64,000 nt of DNA from Amoebophrya sp. A120 (taxonomy: Eukaryota > Protista > Dinoflagellata): NCBI GenBank assembly GCA_905178155.1, contig CAJINV010000011.1, positions 2,011,939-2,075,938 of the forward strand, read 5' to 3'. Position 1 is the stretch's first letter. Each line of letters begins with the position of its first letter. The position numbers and the translations under genes are program-made. The notes under the pieces were generated by a model, which worked only from the letters and a program-made list of their open reading frames with translations, was not told the DNA's origin and ran no database searches. This document shows positions 22,727 to 36,410 of the stretch, in pieces.

Positions 22727-25700
22727 CTAGTCGTCCTCCGGCAGGTAAAAGTGGAAGAAATCTTCCGACAGTGCTCGTTGCGACGAGAGTCGGTATGCAT
22801 TGCAAATATGTCTGACGGTGGTCTGGAAATTTCATTTTGTGTTGCTGATAATACTTTCATTGCATAGTGGGAGGTCCACGTACCACATAACAGCGTCAGA
22901 GATTTTTTCGCGAAGCCCATACGTATCCATATGTACTAAAACGCTTCCAGTACGACAAAAAAACAGAAACAAAAAGTGGCCGATTGCCTTCCTGCATTAC
23001 AGATTTTCTTACTCGTGAGATCTCGCATCACAAATCGTCCAGACCGCCCAGATCGACGATATTTGCAATGCATACTCGGTTCAGCGGATCCACTGTCAAG
23101 CACCTCTCGCAGAGGGTCCGAAACGGCCGGGCGTGGCCGTTGTCGTGCCCTTCGTAGATGAACCTGGGGATAATTAAGTATTTCAACGGATTTTTTATAC
23201 CGTTTATTTGTGTTTAATATTCCGACATAGGATCGCTCCTCGACCTCGTCGACCTATCCTTCTACATGAAACAAGAAGCCCCACTTCAACAAAAACACCA
23301 GGATAGTGTACTTATTAACTAAAAGATAACGTACGGGAACAACGAACTAGTACAAAAAAAAACCAATGTACTAGCACAACTCAAAAGTAAAGATATTCGA
23401 AATCTCGTCTCAATCTCGTCTCTACTACAATCAGAAGCATCGTAATCGTATAAATGCATATACAAATTTGAATTTCCAACTCAGCATGAGAAATAAAATC
23501 TGTAATGCTGATTTACCTCAAAAGAATGCATGACCATGATTGCAAGTAGAAATAAAAAAATACTCGTCCAGTCTTCCCAACACGAGGGGTTGGCAGGGTT
23601 TCACCTCGTAGGTGTAGTACTTGCCGTGATTGTAGGGAAAAATTCCCCTTCCCATATCGCAAAGGAAATTTGTGCTGTTGTATTTGAGTACACAAATCAA
23701 CTTGTATTGCTAGAAGGCCAAGAGACAGAGCTGCTCCCTCGTTTGCAGGCCATTTGTCATGCTTTCTCGCGTTTCCAGTTGCTTCCTGTCATGCTGAAGA
23801 CGAAAGGCTTTCCCGGCGCGCCGGCCAGCACTCCAGTCCGCATCTCTTCCCTTCTAGCATGACAGCGCTGATTTGTGGCCACAAATCTGCATCACAGATT
23901 TCCCTTGTGATGTAATGGGGAGGCGGGATTTTTGTTCTTAATAGCCGTCACTCGAGCGTGCCGGATTCCGCCGGTGTCGGAAGGCCCGGCGGAACGTGTA
24001 TCAACTGGAAAAGTGTCTGCGTCTGGAAGAATGCAACCTGTGATGCTAACTTTGGACTCTAAAAAAATCTGTATTGCATGACCAGCAGGGGGAGTCTAGT
24101 TCGTGCTACGCAAAGAGGGCATTTGTCATGCGGAGTAGGCAGGACGAACCCCCCTAAAAATCTGTGATGCTAGGTCGTGCATTACAGACATCCTGGGTGG
24201 TCATGCAAACTATGCATGACAAACCCGGCAACATTCCAGACCCAGACATTTTTGCAGTTCATAACGTGGAGTCCCGCGCCACGCGGAGAAAATCGTCGCT
24301 GAAGCCCCCGTATCAAATGCAAAAATGTCTGGCTCTGGAACGAAGCAACTTGTCATGCTAAATCCGAATCATGTAAACATCTGTGTTGCATGATTCCCAA
24401 AAGCTTTCCACTTTTGACCTAATCGAGAGGAGGCAGTTTCTCATGCAGGATTATAGGCATGATAGAAATCTCAGAGAATCTGTCATGCTATGTCCTACAT
24501 ACCAGACCTCATGGCTCATGCAAAACGTGCATGACAAGTCTAGGATTCTGCCAAACCCAGACATTTTTGCATTTGATACCCCGCCTATGGTCTCCATCTG
24601 CAGCAGCTGCTGCAGATCCCGCGGGTTACTCGACCGGAAGTCGCGGCTGCGTCCGCTACCCGAACTCCCGCCGCCACTGCTGGTCAAGTTCAAAATGTCA
24701 CCAAGGTATCTGTATTTAAGTGTGTTGATCAAGTGAGTTTGTGTTTGATATATAATTTTAAATTTTCGATACTTCTTCTTCTGCAAGAACTCATCGACAC
24801 AAGCTGCAGGAGCATGATCGTAGTTATACTTCTTCAAGATGAAAATTGCAGCTACAAACATATCATGATCCAACTGAAACATCACTCAAAAGATCAGTAT
24901 ACAACTCCATCAGTATGCATCCGAAAGAGTAGACGTCCGTGCGCGCGTCCCACTGGACGCCAATCATCACTTCGGGACTGCGGTACTGCCGGGTGGAGAT
25001 CACCTCGCTCTTTCGGTCCACGTCCTCAAAGATAGCCCCGCCGCAGTCGATAATCTTGATGTTGGCGTACCGCGGGCGGCGGTACTCTCCGTCCTCGAAG
25101 CACCCTTGCACCAATATCAACTGCAAAAGTGCCTCCGTCTGGAAGAGTGCCAGATGACTTGTCATGCAGGTTTTCCGTGACCGATGAGGTCTGGTATGTA
25201 GGACATAGCATGACAGATTCTACTGTGAGAATTCTATCTATCACGCCTATCCTGCATGAGAAAGAACTGCCTCGCCTCGATTAGGTCAAAAGTGGAAAGC
25301 TTTTGGTAATCAAAATCATGCAGTACAGATTTTTACATGATTCAGATTTAGCATAACAAGTTGCTTTGTTCCAAAGCCAGACATTTTTGCATTTGATAAC
25401 CAAGACCCCCTCGCGGTTCCGACGGCTCGGGGACACGCGGCGGCCCAGGAAACTGTACCGGTACTTCCGCTTCCACCGGGTGTACTCATCGCCCCCGACT
25501 TGCTGGGCCTCGTACTCTTTCCAGCACCGTTTCGGCGGGTCTGCAGTGCGGGTTGGTGAATACTCGAACAGAATATTCTCCGGCTTCAGGTCGGTGTGCA
25601 CGCATCCCAGCTGATATTTAGATCGAGAATTCTTTACAGTTCAGTGCGGCAAATTTTATTTTACCGATTTTATTATTTTTGTTTATATCCAGAATGAAGG

Positions 25701-28700
25701 GTCATGCAAAATTGGAAATTACGCTCCGTTGCGGCCTCTACGTTGGAGCAGACGAACTAGTGATTAAGTATGTTGTTGGTGCAGAAATTTAATATCTTCG
25801 AGGAAAAAAGCAAAACTGTACGTAACAATAACAAAGAAACGTACGTTGTGCATGAAGGTTAAGGCATCGAACCCATCCTTCCCAATCTTCTGAATATCCC
25901 GCAAGTACATCGGGCGGTACTGGTTTCCGGTCAAGTGATCGTACCTGATTTTTCGTATATATCATTTGGGTGACTCTTTCAGTTCCATATTACTCCCCCG
26001 CACGCAATAAACTGTCCATCGGTAAAATAAATGCTCGCCATGATCTAGTACCATCTTCAGCATCAGATCATGCACTTCTACAGCATTTGATCATTGCGTC
26101 CGACTGCCAACTTCATCAGCACGTCTTGGAACACACAACCAATGCGCGTCGAAAAACAGAAAACAATATCAGTACAAGCTGACGGAAAGTTTCTCGAAGA
26201 CCATTACAAAGTGCGACTCCTGGTTGGGACCGGCGGGGTGCATGAACTGCTCCACTAGGTGGACGATTTTGTGCTTTCCCTCGCAATATGGATTGCAAAT
26301 ATGTATGGGTCTGGAAGAAGGGAACTTGTGATGCGCATTTCACAACACACAGAAATCTCTCATGCATAGGCAGCAAAAGATACCCACTTTTTGTCGCCAA
26401 AGTGGGGGATTTGTCATGCGGATTAGGCATTGCAGAACCTTCTCGAAATCTGTGAGGCTAGGGCTTCCATGCCGCACCCTCTGTGTCATGCGAAAACAGC
26501 ATGACATCTTCCAGACCCAGACATATTTGCACTTGATACGCAAACGCCGTCCAGGAACCGACTGGATTCGTCCTGTAACCGCTGCAGTATGCGGAATTCG
26601 TCTTCTGCGTCGGTCCGGTACTTCTCGCCCGACCGAATCACCTTGGCCGCGTAGGACTTTTCTTCCTTGAGCCCCCGCGCCTCTCGCTCCTCCGGGGTCC
26701 CCTCGAAGCTCACCTCGATCACGCGGCCGAACGTGCCGTCGCCCAGATGCGCCCCGATCCGCCACTTGCTGTCCGTGCCCAAAAAGTTGAGGTTTGCAAA
26801 CTGGAAATGCTCGATGTCGTCATTGCTGTTGCTGTGACTCGTATCCAAGAAAAAATCTGTGTTAGTGTAAGTCTTTTGGGAAAACAGCATCACAAGTTTG
26901 TCTGCCATGACAGGACAAACTTCTTGCTATGCGTAGATACAAAGGGAACACACATAGGAAGCGAGCCAGACATGCATGTCGAGCATGACAAGTGTAACTG
27001 TTTGGCATGTTCTGCATCACAGATTTACACTTACACAGTTTTCTTCTTGCATAACTCGCCGCCCGATCGTGGTCTTCATGCTCCTCGTCGTCGTCGTCGC
27101 GCCCGCTGCGCTATCAAATGCAAAAATGTCTGGTTCTGGAAGGAAGCAGCTTGTAATGCTACCTTTGGATTCTACACAAAATCTGTATTGCATGAACAGC
27201 AAGAGAGTCGCAACTTTTGCTACGTGGAGAGGGCATTTCTCATGCGGTATGAGCATCAGAAAGCCATCGCAGAATCTCTGATGCTAGAGCATGCATCACA
27301 GACCTTATGGGTCATGCAAAATCTGCATGACAAACTCCAGCATTCTTCCAGACCCAGACATTTTTGCAATTCATATGCGCCTACTGCTCCGGCTGTACCT
27401 GCTCCTGCGGTGGTGCGACCGGGACCGGCGACTATCCTCCTCGCGTTCTTCGCGATTGTAGTTGCGGCGTCCGCGTCGTGAGTCGGCGTTGCCCCGGGCT
27501 GCAGCACCAGCGCCGCCCCTCCGCTCTGACCTCCTCCGCCGGGAATCATCGGCATGCTCTACGCGCCGCGCTCCCAAGGATCTCGCACGGCTCGCCCGAC
27601 TTCTTGGTACGCTCCGTCGCCGCCGGTCGTGCTCGACAGAGAACCGCGCAGCAGTTATCCTATGTCAAAACGTCCCCACCCCATAGTCACAAATTTGGAG
27701 TCGCAATGTAGTCCTGTTTGAGGTACTTCAGCACCATCACAGATTTAGTATATCATGCTGATTGGCGCATTACAAAATCCAAGACACGGCTGGAAAACAC
27801 TTCTCATGGGGCTCCGCATGACAAACAGTTTGAGCATGCAGATTTGCATGACAACTCTGGGGTGCGAACGTTTTTACACAGGATAGCAGCATCACGATCT
27901 TCAGCGTCCCGCTCCCGCTCCTGTTCCCGCCACTCCAAGGAGACCGGACGCATCTCCACGTCCTCGGCTTCGCCGTGCAAGAGTCCTGCAGCTCCGTGCT
28001 GGGGTCCTGCTTCTGCATCTTCACGGCCATGTTCTACTTCCTCCCGCCCCAGAAGCTGCTCGGGCTGCTCCTGCTGCTCGTGAAGAAGATCTTCATCCTC
28101 ATCCTCGTCGTCATCATCATTTCTCGGATTGATCAAAAACTCGTCCTCCTCCTCGTCGCTAATGGGGTCGTCGTCGTCGTGCTCCTGGGGGTCATCTTCC
28201 GAAATGTTCTCCCCGTCGCCGGCCTGCTCGGGCGAAAATGATAAAGCGTTCTCGCCCTGCTCCTGCTCTCCGCGAACCGCCACGGGGCTGGCGCTCAAAC
28301 TCAGCGACGTGTTTCCCCGGGCACGACGATCGTTTGGTGCGATTGCTTCCTCCCCGTCGAAGATGTTCTCGATGTTCTCGTCCAGCTCCGCGTCCTCGTC
28401 CTCCATTGGCGCTGCATCATCATCATTTTTATCCTCCTGCTGTTCGTTTATTGACAAAGACCCTCGATGATCTACTCGGGAACCACGACCGCTTGCGCTT
28501 GCGGAAAACCGTTCTAGTTGTTGTCCTTGTGCTTCTCGCCGAGGAGTGCTTCTATCGTGGTCCTCATTAATGGTGCCTCTATTTCTCCTGTACAAGTTTC
28601 TGGTGCTCCCGTCCGCGCTGCGATTGTTGGGGCTGATCTGGAGCGAGTTGATGTTGATGTTCGCTTGAAAATTATTTTGTGCGTCTTCATCGTTATTTTT

Positions 28701-31635
28701 ATCCTGGTCTAAGTTGTTGTGCTGCAAAAGTCCTTGTGGTCCCCTTCCGTGCGAAGAACCCCGTCGACTGCTGTTGTTCCCGCGCGGACTTTGGTTATTG
28801 GCCGCGTCGTATGCATTGCAAATATGTTTGGGTCTGGAAGAATGCAACTTGTGATGCTGCATTTGGAAACTACAAAAATCTGTATTGCATGAACAGCATA
28901 AGAGGCCCAGTTGTTGCCACTGCGAGAGGGCATATGTCATGCGGTCTAGGCATCAGGAAGCCCTCACAAAACCTGTGATGCTAGGGCATGCATCACAGAC
29001 GTCAGGAGCCATGCAAAATGTGCATGACAGACCTTGCATCCTTCCAGACCCAGACATTTTTGCAATGCATACGTCGCGGGACCTCGCCCGCTCGGCCTCT
29101 TCGGCGGCCGCAGCTGGCGCTGGTGGTGCTGCACGGGGACTGAGGAAGAGCTCGCCACCCGCTGCGTCGCTCGCGCGCCGGCTCTTGTTCGATGGAGTGG
29201 TGGTTTGCTTCTGCTGCTGCTGCTCTACAACTTGTCCCACGGCGCCCGGGGCTGTTTTTTCAAAGTGAAAATATTGCTTACAAAACAAAAATGGAGATGC
29301 TTTTAATTTCATAAATGAATTCAAAATCCTCGATGATGTAGTTCCTGTTTTGTTTCATCAAAAAACATTTTCAAAATACCGGCCCCTCCTGTATCGTTCT
29401 CCCGCAGCACCGGCAGTGCCGACGATGCGAGTTCTTCCGCCATTTTTCCGGTTGCAGTGTCCTTGTCTTCCACACTGCTCTTCGCGCCTCCAACCACCGC
29501 GACGACGTTCGGCGAACTCTTTCCCGATTTCAGCATTTGCAGGGCCTCCCCCACTTGCTTCGCGACCTTCGACCCGTGCAGCTGGTCGTGCACTGCTGCT
29601 GCGGCACTACTTGAGGCGGACGCGGCAGCAATATTCTGTGTAGTGCCCACAGCTGAAGAACTTCTGTGCGTCCCCGACGAGTTCCCTTGCCGAGAAAGGT
29701 TGGGCAACTGAAAAGAGCGGTTTCGCTCAGACGGCGAGGAGACCGGCGCGGCTGCACCGATGTTGTTTTCATTCGCAGTATTTCCACGTCCTTGTTGCGG
29801 ACTTTTCTTAATGTTCTCGCCGCGGCCAACTGTCGTTTTTTTGTTCGTGCTGCCGAGGTTTTGGTTTTCCTCTTCGTCTTGGCTCATGATCTCATCCGCG
29901 CCCAGGAGGTCCTCGCTGGCTTCGAAGCTTTCACTGTCAGCACCGTCAGGGTCGTGCTGGTCAACACCCGATTCTTGTTCTGGGGAACGATCGACGCGAC
30001 TGTGTGCGTCAGTACCAGCTGGACCTTCAACCGATTTGATTTTTGGATTGGAATCTTCTTTGAAAGAACAACCAATGCGACCAATTTTCTATTTCATCTG
30101 CCAAAAAGATCTAGGAGAGCAGGTGTGTCCAGCTGTAGAACTCCGCCGCTCTATAATTCCATAAATAAACAAAAGTTAAGTTACTTAAATTTTTACCGTC
30201 CACCCCCATTTGACCATTGTTCCCCTCTCGACGCCCTTGCACCTGCTGTTCCTGTTGTCGATCCCCCGCACCATTCTTGCCCTTCCCTTTCCGCTGCGGC
30301 TGCGCAGGAGCTCGTTGGTGGTTATTCGGACCACGGCCGTCAGTCGTGTTCCTTCTTGCATGGTTCCCAAAATAATTGCTGTTCCTCGCTCGGTTAATAT
30401 CATTGTTCCCGCCCGCCCGATTCCGATTGATGTTCTGGTTATAAGTATTCGTAGTGAAGAATCCCCGATTATGTTGGTCTTCGCGACGACCATGATGATC
30501 CTGATTCCGGTCATGATGATAACTACCCGCACCTCGTCCTGGCGACCTGTCGCGCCGGCGGGGGTTATGATCATTGCGACGATTGTTGTTAATCGGGTGG
30601 TAGTCTCCTCGCCTCCGACTCGTGCGCCCGCCGCGGGGGTTGTTATCATAGCCGGCGCGAGAATAGTCGTCACGATGCTGGTGCTGCTGATCACGTCCGC
30701 CACGGCGGTGATTATCCCCGGCGCCACGACGGCGATCATGATCCTCACGGCGCCTCACCGGGATGTTGTTATTGTTCCCCGGAGGTCCACGACCTCGCTG
30801 ATTCTGATTGTACCCGCCCCGAGGGCCGCCCGGGAAATTGCTGAAACGTCTGTTGTTGTTCGTGTGGTTGTTGGTGCTAAACCGCCGGTGGTTCCCTCCG
30901 AAGTTCATCCCGCCGCGGGGTCCTCCTCGGTTCGACCCGGGCCTAGCTCCCGGTCGATCCAGGTTGTTCGTGCTTGGCCGAGGTAATAAAGCGGGGTTGG
31001 TGTTGTCATTGGCGTTGGTGCCGGTGTTGCTGTCGTTGTTGTTGTTTTCCCCGCACTGTGGATGTTGACCTCCCCCGTCTACTGGGCGGACGTTGTTATT
31101 GGTGTTGCTGTTGCTATTGGTACTATTGTTGTTATCAGCAGTCGGGTCCTTGTTTATAATTCCGTTGTCGTTTCTATCGACATTGTTCACCGGTACAACC
31201 GGGTTCTCTTTATTCTGCGTCTGCCGGCCGTCGCGGCCCACATTGTTCTGCCGATCGTCGCGAGTGGTGTTGTTGTTGTTCCTGTGCCGGTCGTTGTTCT
31301 GCCGAGACCGCGGGCGGTCGTTGTTGCCGCGATCCGTGTTTCGATTGTTCTGGTGGTTCTGGTTGCCTCCCTTATGGTGGTTGCCTAAATTGATTGTGGT
31401 TTGTTTTACTAAGTAAAAGAACGCTGAAATAAAATCCAATGTCTTGTGCAGGTGTAGCAAGGAGAATAGTTCCGCGCGCGCATTTTATGCATCACAAGTT
31501 CGCAGTGTTGAAACAGTTTTTTGGTACGAGACGTAAGAAGAACAAATCAATACCTCCACCACGGTGGTCACGCCGGTTAGAATGCGGCCGGTCGCGTCCT
31601 CCGCCGCGATGGTACGCGCGATCTCCGTACCCCAT
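22727..31635 (-). CDS. CLK/LAMMER-like CMGC protein kinase with a long low-complexity N/R/G-rich and RS-rich N-terminus
   Basis: Kinase motifs LGDGTFGRV, YAAKVIR, HTDLKPENIL, IIDCGGA, STRQYRSPEV and DVYSFGCIL. An RS tract lies near 27380-27580. There are 10 TIR elements plus several GT-AG introns (for example near 24710-24902, 25612-25844 and 25945-26175). Linkage of the N-terminal exons is less certain. Confidence 0.85.
23164..23563 (-). other. canonical GT-AG intron containing a decayed family F element
   Basis: GA|GTATTT...CCCAG|G restores the kinase frame. The interior 23421-23562 resembles family F, but its TIRs are eroded. Confidence 0.7.
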
Positions 31636-33662
31636 CGTGCTGTAGTTCTTCTTGTTGCCCGCTCTTGTTTACGAAGCGATACCGACCGACGCAAAAGAAT
31701 TCTTGAATTATAGTTATTTTTCTTCACGCGACCCGCTTCCAGAAGTAGAAGTTGTTGCGAAAAAATATTGAAGCGTGAAGTTCTTGATCACGCCGTGGTC
31801 GTCGAGAGAAATCTTCCAAAAATTTTCTGCCGTGGTGGAAAGGTTCGCTATCCTCGGAGGTACCGCAATGTTTGTAGTCAAGGTCAAGGTTGAGGTCGAG
31901 ATCCACTCCGTTGGTACAATTCTTCTCTTGGTCGTCCCCGATGGTGCTTATTTTGGAAGCTAAGACACAACTGAAACAACTTGAACTATTATCCTTTTTA
32001 CGACACTAGAGAATATCAATATTTTTGAAGAAACGTAAATCCTTGCTAGTCTCGGTCTCCTTCGATCTTCGGTTACAGGACTTTGACTCCACTACTTTTA
32101 TTGTTCTAAAAATTTTATTCGCCGAATTACTAAGCCAGCACCACACACTTCGTTGTAACGAGAAAAGAACCTTCACTTTTTGTTGATTGCAGCCGCGAGA
32201 CAATTTCACTACTTGGATATTTTTGTTCTTTTTTGGTCTGCGCCGCGCCGGAATCATTTATTTTCGCACGTACAAAAAATCTCCATCATTTTTCTAGAGA
32301 TTCAGCACACACCCGATTTCCGTCATTAACAGCATCAAAAAATTCGGATTTAGTGCTGTGTACGGTAATTCTAGTTCATTTTCCATCTTTACCCTTGTGC
32401 TTCCACTTGAGAAGTACACGGTCTGATTTCGTTCTTCTGCCAGATCATCTGAAGCATAAGCATCAGCCATTAGTAGGAGAAGAATACTCATAAGTAGATC
32501 CATGTAGAAGTTGCTTCACAACGTGTGTGCTTGTTGAGACATCAGTGGGAAATAACTATCAGTGAAAGACCACCAAGCCTCTTGTCTGCTGCTTTTCCTC
32601 TTGTTAGGATAGAGTACTTACTTTCAGAGAAACCACTTTCCACTGCTGCAATTATCAAGAGGAGTGCGGAAGTTGTGACCACTGGCAAACACAATGTAAG
32701 ACTAGCACAAGATTAGGCATATTTTTACCATGGGATAGCAGGATAGGTAAAGCCACAGGTGCTTACAAGTAGAACCTCTCTCAAGCAATAAGAAACCAAC
32801 GCACAGGTTATTTACTGAGCACTTCTGACCGGTCGCAGTTTTGAGTGAAAAGCGGTGCGGCGACACCATATCATCAAGAAGAAACATTTCGTTACCCGGA
32901 TAGAAACGTGTTGAATACCCTGTAGGAACACGGATTGACTTCCTGCGACAGCCAAGTACTACTCCACCACCTAGGAGCTGCTTTCATCGTTTTCACGGAT
33001 CTTTCATAGTGTGTTTCAGACTGTCTGTCGACGCGCTACTGGTTTCTAATACGAAAAAAAGCGAGAGTCAGCACAGTCGCGCAGCTTGTTCTTTCCTTGC
33101 TATGCAACGGGTTCATTTTGTGTCACCGCCCGGAAATTCATTTTACCGGTACCTATAATGCTTGTTACCTACTATGCACAACCCGCAGTTCCAGCATCTA
33201 GATCATGTACGTCTAGCATGATATACAAAACTTCACACATCTTGAAAAAATCATAGGCCATCAGACAGCAAAAACCTATGGCATTGTGATCCAGCGCTCG
33301 CTACAAGCTAAGACAGGTAGACGATTTTATTTTCTAAATTTATGGATACACGACGAGGAGGCATGACACCGCCCTCGTAAAGAAAAATCAACCTGACACA
33401 GAAACTGTGGCATGGGCGTGATGAGCCACGTGTTCGCTTCGTTAGGAATAAAAATTTATCGATCGGTTCATTTTTTACTGGGCCAACACTTATATATCAT
33501 TTAACCGAAATCTTACACCTATTTGTTCGTTGAAAAAGTGTGAAAAAATGAGTGCAATAAGCTGCCAATCTTTTATCCTACATAGTGTCGTGCAGTTTCA
33601 TTTCATATTTAAATGTCATGCTCTACCCATAGCCACCTCGGTGGACAAGCTCTACTCATGGT

Positions 33663-36410
33663 CTAAACGAACAGTCCCTCGACGTCGGCGAGGCTGCCCT
33701 TTCGACTGCAAAAGTCCGCTACGGTCGACAGCGACTCGACCCGCTGCATAATTGGACACGTTTTGTTCTTTTTTCCGAAACAGCTCGTCTCGCTATCCAT
33801 CCCCTCGTCCAACAACTGTGGGGGCTTCTTGCGAAAGTACCCAGTACCTCCTCTTCCCGTTGATGTGCTACTGGGTTCGGTCGAGATTATCGAGGTAGAC
33901 AGGCTGGCGGAGGACGTCGACGAGGACACGGATTTTTCCGAAAAGCAAGCCGGTGAGAGCGCGACTTCTTCGGATGTTATGTCGAAAATTTCCCCCGTGC
34001 TTTCGAGCTGCCGCAGCCGCTGTTGCGTCTCTTCTACCACGTCGTACCGGACGTGGGAGAGGAGCACGGAACCCGGCGAGGTCGCCATGTCGCGCGTGAT
34101 TGGCAGCCAACCACCTACGTTGACGGCCGGAGAGAATTTGATGACCGCGGGCAGGGATGAGATCTAGGAGAAGTCCGTTTTATATATATTTTTTTACTAT
34201 TGATTGTCCTGTGTCAAAATCATCTCAATGTCGCCGCGAAATGGGCATGACGTCAAATAAGAACTCATCAAAAGAAAAAGTTTGGAAGCTCAATATGTTC
34301 CCCGAGCGAGCCTGGTGGAAACTACTTACATCACAACCTACTGACTCCAACTCCTCTTTTCAGCTCTATATACCTGTCCATCGTGATCCAAATCTTTGGC
34401 CAAGGAGCCTTCCTTCTGTGTGTTCCGCAGGTCAAATTCCACACACCTGCGCTTCAAAACGTACCGAAAGTTCCGCTCGAGCATCTGTCGAAACAGCTTC
34501 CCCTCGTTGACGAGCACGTCTGCGAGCACCTCGTGGCAGCCCGTTCCCGTGGCCTGCTGCACGAGCCACGGCCCCGCGCCGCCCTGCAGTCGCGCGCCGA
34601 CCTCGATCAGACAGGGTCCGGTCTCGGTGAGCATCACCTCCCCGTGGCTTATCCTGTGCAAAAGAATCGCACTCGTGTGTTAGTAATTGCGCCTATGCAT
34701 TACAAATCTACATGCTATAGGCAAATCAGCATGACAAATTCCATTTGTGAAGATGCTGAGCTAATTTGTATTGCAATACTACGAGTACGACACTTTTGCA
34801 AAGCATATGGCTGGCGCCGAAGTGAAAGCCGAGCGCGTCCAGGCAGGCGTGCATGTAGGCGATCAGGAGATTGGCGGGGGACTCGCACTATGCATTGCAA
34901 AAGTATCGTATTCGTACAAATGCGATACAAATTTCTGCAGCATAAGTAATGCAGATTTAGCTGTAATGCATGATTGCAACACGAGTACGATTCTTTTACA
35001 CAGGATACGCACGCATCGATGACCTCGACGGACTCGTAGGTGATGGAGTTGTGTGCGGGGTCAAAGTGCTTCTTGTAGCGCAGCAGGCCCGTGACCACGT
35101 GGCGGCCCTTGAAGGACACACTGTTGACGACAAACTCCGTGCCCCGCAAAAACTCCTGGGCGAGCAGCTTCTCGTTGGTTTCGCCGTTGCAGTTTTGTTT
35201 GCTCTATCCAGCGCAAATATGTCTGGCTCTGGAAGACTGCAAGGCTTCTCATGCAGGTTTCGCATGACCCGGAAGGGATAGAGTGCGAGCCTAGCATCAC
35301 AAGTTTTGAGAATCCTCCTCGGTGCCCATTCTGCACGAGAAATGTTGCTGTCTTGTAAGTGTAACCGATAAACTGGGCACCTTTGTTGGTCACACAATAC
35401 AGATTTTTGTGTCGATCCAGCCCAACATGACAAACTCAAATTCTTGCAGACCCAGAGCACATATTTGCAATGCATATGTTCAGCTCTTGGTAGAACGCGT
35501 GGTCAATGTCTGCAGCGCTATGGATGTGTCAGGATTGAAATCTTCGACAAAGTTGAAATATTAACTTGTCATGCATAAAATGAATGAAAGTCGTAACCCA
35601 GTTTCCAAGTGACGCATGATAAATTTGGGTAGAGCCGAAATCCAGTTTGTCATGCTGTTTGGGTAAGGCAGAAGCCTTTTGTCATGCTACTTCAGCAGCT
35701 CAGTTTCTACCCCTTAACAGGCTTACAATCTGCCTCCCTCGCTTACTCAGCAAGACAAGCACCTTGTGGCTTGCATTTTATGCATCACAAACTATTTCAA
35801 CTTTGACGATTTCAATCCTGACACTCCCATACGTGCTGTGACACCAGTACACGCCGTCCGTGCCCCCGGAACAGGCTGGCTTCACGATGATGGGGAAGGA
35901 AATGTCGGCTGCTTCCATCCAGTACCGCACCTCTTCGGCCGTCGCGCAGTAGCTCTGCCGGATGGCGCGGAGGTTGCGGTCGCGCAGCCGGGCCTGCTGG
36001 TCGAACTTGTGTCGCCGCCAGGAGCTCGTTCCTGCGTCATTGGAAAACTTGGGGTCGCCTAAAACCGCTTGCAGTTGCTCCGCGACGACGACCCCCGGCT
36101 CGCTGCCGGCGACGACCGCGTGGATGGATGATGGTGCACAAGCTGACAGCGTGTTTGAAAGAAAATTTCGGATCTTCCGCGCGGTGTCTTCCACGGTGCT
36201 GAACTGCACCACCGCAGCGAAGTCCGCCGGCTCGAGCTGCCGCAACCAGAAGTCGGCGAGCTGCAAACTGCTCTGCACCGCGATCAGCGTCGCACCGGCC
36301 TCTTTCAGGGAGGCAACCAAACTGCGCCCGGTCGAATACGGGTCTACGACCACAATAACGCAACCACAATAGCGCGGATCGTGGGAAGGGGCTGCAAGAT
36401 TTTTTGACAT
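33663..36410 (-). CDS. ATP-grasp fold carboxylate-amine (amino acid) ligase-like protein
   Basis: Motifs VVVDPYSTG, VAGSEPGV, IIVKPACSGGTDGV, QEFLRGTEFVVN, SHGEV..LIEVGARLQG and TRDMATSPG. Four TIR elements and one GT-AG intron (about 34165-34374). Confidence 0.85.

Noticed and set aside
29666-31416. Long plus-strand Val/Ile/Leu-rich ORFs
   Set aside because: They are antisense shadows of the Asn/Asp/His-rich kinase N-terminal exon.
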